From Terriglobia bacterium (GTDB lineage Bacteria > Acidobacteriota > Terriglobia > 20CM-2-55-15): 64,000 nt of DNA. This document shows, piece after piece, positions 56,284-64,000 of this stretch (positions are counted from its first letter, which is position 1; each line of letters opens with the position of its first letter). The position numbers and the translations under genes were made by a program. The notes below the pieces were generated by a model. That model saw only the letters and a program-made list of their open reading frames with translations, was not told the origin of the DNA and made no database searches. The stretch is from NCBI GenBank assembly GCA_963664115.2, contig CAXWPJ010000002.1, positions 512,001 through 576,000 on the forward strand, written 5' to 3'.

Positions 56284-56613
56284 ATGAAGATAACTGACGA
56301 AACACAGCGGTCCATTCTGGCTCTTTTGACTGAAAGCCCTCTGAAGGCAGATGCGTTCGTTTACGGTTTCGATCTCAACGTCCTCACAGCTGTGTCAATC
56401 AAGGTCAAGGGACAGGAGCACTTCTATTACACGCTCCACCCATCCGAAATCGAGGGCAAACCATGGGAAGTCAGAGAAAGTCCCGGGGCTTTATTCCACG
56501 GAGCGGAAACAAGCCGGTTCCCCACTCTCGAGGAGGCCATCGCCTACATCGGTGACTGGCTGGGCCGGGTTGAAGCCCAGGTCGAGGGCCGAAAATCACC
56601 CGAGAGTCCATGA
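56284..56613 (+). CDS. Hypothetical protein
   Basis: AGGAG RBS; ATGA overlap with the GNAT gene. Confidence 0.7.
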   Translation: MKITDETQRSILALLTESPLKADAFVYGFDLNVLTAVSIKVKGQEHFYYTLHPSEIEGKPWEVRESPGALFHGAETSRFPTLEEAIAYIGDWLGRVEAQVEGRKSPESP

Positions 56614-57572
56614 ACGCAGCCATGACACAAGACGCCGGGATACGCATTCGGGGCCTGGAAGAGTCTGAGCTGCCCGAAGCCAACCGCATCTTGCGGATGG
56701 CGTTCGGCACATTCCTCAAAGCCGAAGATCCGGCAGCGCTGTTCCCGGGCCGCGATCTGGTTTCGACCCGTTGGAGGGCCGACCCGTCGTCCGCCATCGC
56801 TGCGGAACACGAGGGAAAACTCGTCGGCACGAATTTCGTCACCAATTGGGGAAGCTTCGGTTTCTTCGGCCCGATAACCGTTCTTCCAGAATATTGGGGC
56901 CGAAAGGTCGCTCAGCTGCTTCTGGACCGAACCATGTCCGTATTTGACGACTGGGGTATTTCCCATCGCGGTCTATTAACTTTTCCGGACAGCCCCAAGC
57001 ACATCCATCTCTACGAAAAATACGGCTTCAGGGCCGGTCACCTGATCCCCGTCCTCGGCAAGGATGTGGCCCCTCAAACAGGAGCGGAGTACACCCGGCT
57101 CTCGGCCCTCTCTGAACAGGACCGTCTTGGAGCGATCGATGCGTGTGGTGAGCTGACGCGGGAGATCCTCGACGGTTTGGACTTGAAGAAAGAACTCGGG
57201 GCAGTCCTTGAACAGAAGATCGGTGAAACCTGTCTGATCTTCGAAGCTTCGACTCTGGTTGCGTTCGCCATTTGCCACTGCGGACCCAACACAGAGGCTG
57301 GAAACAACACCTGCTACGTCAAGTTCGGGGCGGTCCGGCCTTCGGGCAAGGAGAGCACACACTTCAAACGCCTGCTCCAGGCATGCGAGGCCCTGGCTGC
57401 CGAGCAGCGATTGAGTCTTCTATCCGTCGGTGTGAACATGGGGCGATGGAAGGCCTACTCCCAACTCACCGCATCAGGATTTCGGACACGATTCACCGGG
57501 GTTGCAATGGAAACCCGCCCGGAGCGTAGCTACAACCGACCTGAGGTCTACATCATCGACGACTGGCGATAG
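56610..57572 (+). CDS. Tandem GNAT acetyltransferase
   Basis: FGPITVLPEYWGRKVA, LYEKYGF; second degenerate GNAT lobe. Confidence 0.85.
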   Translation: MNAAMTQDAGIRIRGLEESELPEANRILRMAFGTFLKAEDPAALFPGRDLVSTRWRADPSSAIAAEHEGKLVGTNFVTNWGSFGFFGPITVLPEYWGRKVAQLLLDRTMSVFDDWGISHRGLLTFPDSPKHIHLYEKYGFRAGHLIPVLGKDVAPQTGAEYTRLSALSEQDRLGAIDACGELTREILDGLDLKKELGAVLEQKIGETCLIFEASTLVAFAICHCGPNTEAGNNTCYVKFGAVRPSGKESTHFKRLLQACEALAAEQRLSLLSVGVNMGRWKAYSQLTASGFRTRFTGVAMETRPERSYNRPEVYIIDDWR

Positions 57573-58175
57573 GGTTAGGGTCGTTAAGAAGGGCTGAAAG
57601 CCCACAATTGTAAGTTTCGACTCTCAACCGCTAATTCTTTTTCCCGAACCAACTCACGTCTTCCGGATCGATCAGGTCCGGCACCGTCCAGCCGTCCAGA
57701 TCGTACTCGCCCATGCACGTATCGACGAACTCTTGCATGCGGTCTGAAAATTCGAACGCCATCAGTCATCGCTGAACTCCTCTGGCGTTAAAATGCACCT
57801 GAAGGACGAAACTCGGACCGGATCTTCTCCCCGTCTTCAGGTGTGAGCCATCGCTCCTCCACCAGACGATCCACGGACTCCAGAAACCGCTGGGCGTATC
57901 CGTCAAAGCTTCCGTACACAGCTTCCAGTTGTGACCAGGTGAATGAGACCCAGTAGCCGTTGTCGCTACAGCGGAAGGGAGTGCTTCCGCCCCTCCGTCC
58001 TGGATAGAAAGTGGCCGTCGGCACGTCCAACCAGGGTGTCCGCAGTCCCCCAAGCGCGTTGCCGAACTCGTCGTTTATGAAATCGCTGCCCGAAAGCGCC
58101 AGGAACTCGGCCCTCGGCGGTGGCGTGCCCTCACGCACCCACCGATCCAGCTTGGCAAAGGCCCCTGCAAAAACA

Positions 58176-59560
58176 GAGTTATTGTCAAAAGTGGTGTTTA
58201 GGAGATTGATTCAAGCGGCGGCCTGATCGACTTGTGTCGCTTCGACACCATCGTTGAATTTCACTCCGATGATTACCTTGCTCAGATCATCGAATCCTCG
58301 TAATCGTCGCCAATTGTTCTCAGCGCACTGGCCCAGTTTGAACATCATGTGCAGCATGCCATCCCGTGTCAGGCAACCTCTGGATCGCTTCGTTCGGTGT
58401 CGAATGGTGGCAAAGGTCGACTCAATGGGATTCGTCGTTCTGATGCTCTGCCAGTGCTTGGCCGGAAAGTCGTAAAAGGCCAGCAGTTCCTCTCTGTCTT
58501 TCTGCAGGCAGAGTGTGGCTTTCGGATACTTCGGTTCATAGGTTTCAATGAACAAGTCGAATGCCTTCTCGGCGTCTGCCTTCGTCTCGGCCTGCCAGAT
58601 CGAGTGCAGGGCCTGTTTCGCCTTCGCCTGGACCGACTTGGGCAGGCAGTTGAGGACGTTCATGACTTTGTGCATCCAGCAACGTTGTTGACGTGTCTCG
58701 GGATAGATTTCCTCCAGTGCGGCCCAGAACCCCATCGCACCGTCACCGATGGCCAACTTCGGAACATTCATCCCACGGGACTTCAGCTTCAACAAGACCT
58801 CGCGCCAACTCTGTGTCGATTCCCGTACACCGTCTTCGATCGCCAGGAAACGCTTCTCTCCGCGTTCATTCACGCCGATCACGACCAATGCACACAACTT
58901 GGTTTGTTCCGCCCGAAGTCCGCTGTAGATGCCGTCGGCCCAGACATAGACCCAGCGATCTGCATCCAAACGCTCCTCGCATCCGAGGCGGTACTGTTCG
59001 CCCCAAACCTGTTTCAACCGCGATACCGTGCTCGCCGACAGACCCTGCGCCTGGGGACCGACAAGAACTTTTAGGGCCTCACCCATCTCGCCGCTGGAAA
59101 CGCCTTTCAAATACAACCACGGCACCGCTGCTTCCAGCGACTTCGTCTTCCGAATGTACGGTGGTACCAGGGCCGATCGGAACGTCACAGCTTCGCCCGT
59201 CTTGGCACGGACCTTCGGGATTTGGACTGTTACCGGACCCAATCCCGTCTGCAGTTCGCGTTCCGGCAGATAACCGTTGCGTACCACCCCGGCGTTTCCT
59301 GTCTCAGTTCGCCGGCCACCGTGCTGGGATAGCAGCTCTGCCAATTCGGCTTCCACTGCGCGTTGGATCAGTTGCTGTGCCCCAACTCGTAGTAGTTCTG
59401 TTACTGGATCCTCAATCGTTTCTCGACCTTCCGGTCCATTCACGTTACTCTTGCTCACAGTGGCGTATCTCCTATGGTTGCTTTGAAGTTTTGTCACAAC
59501 AAATCAACCAGATACGCCGCTCTTATTCAATCCCTCAAACACCAGATTCGGTTATAACTC
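58176..59560 (-). mobile_element. IS256-family insertion sequence, 1385 bp
   Basis: 9-bp TSD GCAAAAACA (58167-58175, 59561-59569); imperfect IRs GAGTTAT-N9-TGGTGTTT at both ends. Confidence 0.95.
58211..59458 (-). CDS. IS256-family transposase
   Basis: RNGY, YLKGVS, WADG, IGDGAMG, QRCWMH, TTNPIES. Confidence 0.96.
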   Translation of the reverse strand: MSKSNVNGPEGRETIEDPVTELLRVGAQQLIQRAVEAELAELLSQHGGRRTETGNAGVVRNGYLPERELQTGLGPVTVQIPKVRAKTGEAVTFRSALVPPYIRKTKSLEAAVPWLYLKGVSSGEMGEALKVLVGPQAQGLSASTVSRLKQVWGEQYRLGCEERLDADRWVYVWADGIYSGLRAEQTKLCALVVIGVNERGEKRFLAIEDGVRESTQSWREVLLKLKSRGMNVPKLAIGDGAMGFWAALEEIYPETRQQRCWMHKVMNVLNCLPKSVQAKAKQALHSIWQAETKADAEKAFDLFIETYEPKYPKATLCLQKDREELLAFYDFPAKHWQSIRTTNPIESTFATIRHRTKRSRGCLTRDGMLHMMFKLGQCAENNWRRLRGFDDLSKVIIGVKFNDGVEATQVDQAAA

Positions 59561-61260
59561 GCAAAAACATAGGGCTGCGGAAAGCTGTTGATCAGTCCGA
59601 AAGGCTCGCACTCTGCCGGGAATATCCATTGAGCCGAAATCGGAGGGACTCCCATGGCCGCAAGGTCTTCGACCGGAGGATAGTAGCGGTACTGCGATTC
59701 GTCGAAGTGGCTGGCGCCGGGGACTTCGTACTGCCGGAAGCGGTAGCCCCTCACGTCACTGTCCGGCCGGCGGATGGACGGAGAAATGCTGCCTTGAGCA
59801 ATGATTTGAATGACTGGCGCACCGACGTCCTGAATTATTCGTCTGGGGTCGCTATCCCCCAGTGGTTCCTCACACGCATTCAGAGTTCGAGGGCCACCGC
59901 TTTCCTTGATGAGATAAGCGTCATAAACCGGAGCTCCGTTTGCCAGCCTCACGTTTCTATGAATCGCGTTCGCGTAAGTCGGCAAGTCGCCGCCCGACTG
60001 CATGCCGGCATAAACGTACTCCACTTCGAAGCCCGAGAGCGGGCTCGATGCTCCCCCGGACTTCAACAACGCGCCGACCTGGCTGATCACATCCCAACGG
60101 ATGCCCTCCTCGGACCTCGGGAAGAACTGAGCCGGCCGGTCCCAGGAATCCCGACGCACGCGCCCGCAGTCTTCCACCGGTCGGGGATACGCAAGGCGTC
60201 CATAGCGGCGAATATCGAACATCCGGAGTGCACCGATATTTCTAGAGAAAACGGTCACCGCGACCCACGCATGCCCTCTGGAGAGCAGGTGTTGATTGAG
60301 CTGGCCCCAAATCGCATAGGTGTCGAAGCCGGCACCCTGGTTGGCCACGTCTACCAGAACCGTACCGCTGAAGTCGCCCGAATCCCCGGGGCGGCGCACG
60401 AAAATACGCGTCGTGTACTCGAGACCCGGTGTCCTCACAGTGAGACCGCCATCCATCTCCCAGTCGTAAACGTTAGCCGAACCGCTGATGAAAAATTCCT
60501 CTTCCACGTAGCCGTACGTGGACAGATCAATTTCCGTCTGCGCGACGTGCGCTGCGGCAAAGGGATGGGAGTCTTCCGTAACAGGTATCGGACCGGTGCT
60601 GGTGGGAATCGATACGATCAGAGGCGAGAGCGAACCCTGGGCCCAAATGGAAGGGCTGAGCTCGGACGACATCGTAAAAACGACGAACACCGTTAAGACA
60701 ACACGCAACAAGACAATAATCAACGAAACTGCAGGTCGTGGGGGCAATCGCATCCTGGTTTTCCTCCGCAAGCTGACCCCGGCCTGGTTCCCTCGTGTGT
60801 CGCCATCGGGGCCCAAACGGCTATCCTACACCTGCATGCATTGAAACGCTTCTCAGATTCGCTCGGTGGGAGTCGATCCACTGTCAGAGGGTAAGAAAGG
60901 GCAGGAAGGAAAGTCTAAAGAACCGGCCACTCCGTGGCAAACAAGGGCAAGAAAAGAAGGGCACAAAAATGCAATCGGGCCAGTCGGCGCGGCTTCCACA
61001 CCCCCATGGTGATGTGAATGCGCCAAACGTGACCACCGGCCAAACCCCAGATCTAAGAGCTCTTTTTCGATGCCCCGAACGGCTTGTGGATTGCTCCACA
61101 CTCCGCCTGGAATCAACGCGCCAAGTGGCCTGTTTGGTTGCGGCCAAACCAGCCCAATCGCAGATGTAATATTGTGCCTTTTTGAGTTGCCGTCAACGCG
61201 AAAGATTTGCGTGAATTTTGGGTCCGGAAGTTTGCCGTGATGATGCCCCAATGACGGGCT

Positions 61261-61479
61261 TCAGGACACTGAAGGGGATGTCCTGGGGAAATCATGCATA
61301 TCCAGCAACTGGTCCAACTGGTCGACGTACTCGGATTCCTGACCGCTTACCTGCTCGATCGCAGCAGACAACTGCTGGACTTCTTTCGGATCGAGGTGGC
61401 TCATGATTTGAGAGGCAAGGTCTTCGCCAAGCAGGACCATGAGCGCTGCAGCAGAGTTCTTCCTCGCCTCTAGTTCCAT
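61261..61479 (-). CDS. FliG N-terminal-like mini protein or fragment
   Basis: SAAALMVLLGEDLASQIMSHLDPKEVQQLSAAI resembles FliG_N; only 72 aa. Confidence 0.6.
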   Translation of the reverse strand: MELEARKNSAAALMVLLGEDLASQIMSHLDPKEVQQLSAAIEQVSGQESEYVDQLDQLLDMHDFPRTSPSVS

Positions 61480-61628
61480 ACCCTGCTATTCGGCATAAAT
61501 CGATCCAGGCATTACTCCTGAATCCAAAAATGCCGCCAAAGCACAGCAATTTTCGTGGGGAGAATCGCCCGTGACCTTTTCCAAGGACGGACGTATAATC
61601 CCGGGCAGGAATAACAGGAGGATGTTCT

Positions 61629-62072
61629 ATGACTTACAGAGTTTTTGTTCTGGCGGCTGCACTCTTGATTGCACTACCCGCCGCCGCCCAGAATGCAGGC
61701 GGTCGATGGAGGGCGACGGTACTCGGACCTGGCGGAGAGGTATCGATGGTGTTTAACTTCGAAGTGAATGAAAACGAACTGAGCGGGACCATTTCGATGG
61801 GGCCGATATTCGGAGCCCCTATCGAAGAAGGAATGGTTGATGGCAACCAGATCTCGTTCAAGCAAACGATTCAAGGCCGTGGCGGCGGTAGCGGCACACT
61901 CACGCTGGACTATAGCGGGACAGTAAGCGGTGACGAGATTGCATTCACTCGAGTTTCCGCAACCGGAGGCGGCGGAGGCGATGGTGACGGTGGCGGGCGT
62001 GGTGGCCGGGGTGGCCGGGGACGCGCTGACCTCCGTGACGAAATCGAATTTACTGCCGAACGGGTGCAGTAA
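61629..62072 (+). CDS. Secreted hypothetical protein with Gly/RGG-rich loop
   Basis: AGGAGG RBS, signal peptide, GRW...LSGTI...GNQISF...GDEIAF, GGRGGRGGRG. Confidence 0.8.
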   Translation: MTYRVFVLAAALLIALPAAAQNAGGRWRATVLGPGGEVSMVFNFEVNENELSGTISMGPIFGAPIEEGMVDGNQISFKQTIQGRGGGSGTLTLDYSGTVSGDEIAFTRVSATGGGGGDGDGGGRGGRGGRGRADLRDEIEFTAERVQ

Positions 62073-62195
62073 GTCCGCCGGAACTCGCGTCTTCCCTGCA
62101 GATCAGCCCGATCAGGGCCGACCGGGTGATACCGGCCAACCATCCTCCTAAAAGCTCAAATTCAGAAGTTAAAAGTGAACGGCGAGGATCGTGTA

Positions 62196-62940
62196 CGTCG
62201 TCAGAATAATTCGGACAAAAAGACCATTTAGCTAAGAGACGATTTTGAAGTTATACCACTCCCATCCTAAGGTTCTCGATTTTGCGTCGAGCCAGCGTTT
62301 TTCTTTTGATCTGGTCACGACGTGCAAGGATCTGCTGATCCCTCCCGAAGAACACGTCAGCCGGTGTCACGTTGTTCAGAGATTCGTGATACCGATGGTG
62401 GTTGTAGTGTTCGACCCATTGCGCGATCGCCTGCTCAAGTTCCCACGGATAATAGTAGTGTTCCAACTTGACCACGTTCTTCATCGAACGGTGATAGCGT
62501 TCGATCTTGCCCTGTGTCATCGGGTGATAGGGCGCACCCCGGGTGTGTTCCATACCACGACGTTGTAAATAGTCTTTGAGTTCGTGCGATACGTAGCAGG
62601 GGCCGTTGTCGCTCAACAATCGCGGTCGGTGCCGGACTTGTACTTGTCCGACATCTGTCGCCTGTAGTGCAACGTCCAGCGTGTCCTGAACGTCAGATGC
62701 GGCCATGGTTTGAAAGAGCTTCCAGGCGATGATGTAGCGAGAGTAATCGTCCAGCACGGTCGACAGGTAGTACCAACCCCAACCGACGACCCTGAAGTAA
62801 GTGAAATCAGTTTGCCAGAGTTCGTTCACACGCCGGGTTGGCTGCTGGAAGTGATCGCTGGCCGTCATCACGATGTATGCGGGACTGGTGATCAGGTCGC
62901 ATCTCTTCAGAATCCGATACACGCTGGATTCGGAGATGAA
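62196..62940 (-). mobile_element. Truncated IS3-family element (integrase core plus one end)
   Basis: FISESSVYRILK, WQTDFTYF, LDDYSRY, LLSDNG, QGKIERYH, YNHHRYHESL (stop 62251); 5' half missing; end position approximate. Confidence 0.85.
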
Positions 62941-63162
62941 GGGCTACAACAGCAACGAGTGCACTCACCTATTGGTGACTTAAAGGATTCGGGAGCGCAA
63001 CCGCCGGACCGGCCCCCCCACGCCGGAGGCATTCATCAGCGTCGGGGTCACTGTTCTCTCAGAATCCACGATCGGACTGCGTCACTCATTACCGGTCACC
63101 TCCTTCGATAACCTGCCACCGCGCTTCCTGCTAAACTGACTGCAAAAGAAGGGAGGACACGG

Positions 63163-64000
63163 ATGAGTGTTCCCGCGGAACTTACTGCCGATGCGCTCTA
63201 CAGGCGCTCGGACCCTAAGGCGTTCGATTTCAAGACGACAGCTGATATAGAAGATGATCTAGAAATCGTCGGTCAGCCGCGTGCTGTCGAGTCCGTCCGC
63301 TTCGCGGTGGGAATGACGCACGAGGGATACAACATCTTCGCGCTGGGCCCTCCCGGGACCGGACGTCAATTTATCATCGAGCACTTCCTGAACGAAGAAG
63401 CCGCCAACCGTCCAGTTCCGTCGGATCTCTGCTACGTCAGCAATTTTAAAGAACCTAACAAACCCAAGCTTCTCCAACTTCCAAAAGGCATCGCCAACGA
63501 ACTGAAGAACGATATGAGCGAGTTGGTTGAAGAAATATTAACGATGCTGCCCGCCGCTTTCGAAAGCGAAGAGTATCAGGCTCGATTGCACTCGACCCAG
63601 CAGGACTTCAAGGAACAACACGAACACAAACTCGAAGGGCTTCAGGAGGATGCCAAAGCGAAGGGCTATAGCATGTTGCAAACGCCGGCCGGCGTCGTCT
63701 TCGCACCCCTCAAGGATGGCGAAGTCGTATCACAGGAGGCTTTTCAGGAACTCGCGGCAGAGGAACAAGACCGTCTGGAAAAGGAAGTCGAGGACTTACA
63801 GCAGGCGCTGCAAGCCATTCTTCGCCGCGTGCCCCGAATGGAACGAGAACTACGGGGACGACTCCGGGAGCTCCAGAAGGAAATCACAGAATTTTCCGTA
63901 GGACACTTGATCGACGAACTGAGGGAAAAATATGCCGCCCTCCCACCCATCCTGTCTCACCTCGACGCGGTCCAGGACGATCTGATCCACCACGCGCGTG
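63163..64000 (+). CDS. Lon-like AAA ATPase/protease (AAA_32 type), partial at window end
   Basis: GGGAGG RBS; FDFKTT, VGQPRAVES, GYNIFALGPPGTG, DLCYVSNF, AFESEEY; open to window end. Confidence 0.9.
   Translation, partial: MSVPAELTADALYRRSDPKAFDFKTTADIEDDLEIVGQPRAVESVRFAVGMTHEGYNIFALGPPGTGRQFIIEHFLNEEAANRPVPSDLCYVSNFKEPNKPKLLQLPKGIANELKNDMSELVEEILTMLPAAFESEEYQARLHSTQQDFKEQHEHKLEGLQEDAKAKGYSMLQTPAGVVFAPLKDGEVVSQEAFQELAAEEQDRLEKEVEDLQQALQAILRRVPRMERELRGRLRELQKEITEFSVGHLIDELREKYAALPPILSHLDAVQDDLIHHAR

Larger units (their letters stand above)
57788..60753 (-). pseudogene. Secreted alpha/beta-hydrolase-domain protein disrupted by IS256 (5' part 59561-60753, 3' part 57788-58175)
   Basis: GYVEEEFFISG, GMQSGG, YEVPGASH; removing the IS and one TSD copy restores PYVFAGAFAKLDRWVREGTPPP in frame. 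Confidence 0.9.

Noticed and set aside
58693-60696. 667-aa plus-strand ORF
   Set aside because: Antisense shadow across the IS256 transposase and hydrolase gene; Arg/Pro-rich with no motifs, and it crosses an IS boundary.
61966-62021. GGC/GGT-rich low-complexity tract
   Set aside because: Encodes the Gly/RGG loop of a secreted protein; not a DNA repeat element.
1-64000. CRISPR array, cas genes, rRNA, prophage
   Set aside because: No regularly spaced direct repeats, cas-like ORFs, rRNA or phage structural genes seen.

Overview
Bacterial chromosomal window of about 58% GC by eye. Gene content (DUF4159/vWA-GATase pair, DUF6152 and its partner, ankyrin-prenyltransferase protein, Hfq-like protein, STAS protein) suggests an Acidobacteriota-like environmental organism; this is inference. 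It carries about 60 CDSs: housekeeping and repair genes (lexA, nadE, nth, xth, mtgA, ClC antiporter, Smr, aminotransferase, partial Lon-like ATPase) and many catabolic hydrolases and oxidoreductases. There are two tRNAs (Leu-TAA, Cys-GCA) and a HigBA module with a readable promoter and operator. Mobile DNA comes from five IS families: complete IS1595, IS1380 and IS256 copies with visible terminal repeats and target duplications, plus IS3 and IS630 remnants. The IS256 splits a secreted hydrolase gene. Strongest leads: (1) an IS1595 (ISNwi1-like) element carrying micro-ORFs behind a structured leader with a candidate antisense sRNA; (2) a STAS anti-sigma antagonist with an inserted Cys4 zinc ribbon, preceded by a candidate multi-stem RNA; (3) an exported ankyrin + CxxCH + prenyltransferase-repeat protein beside a Rieske ferredoxin. 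All family calls come from motif recognition by eye; no searches were run.
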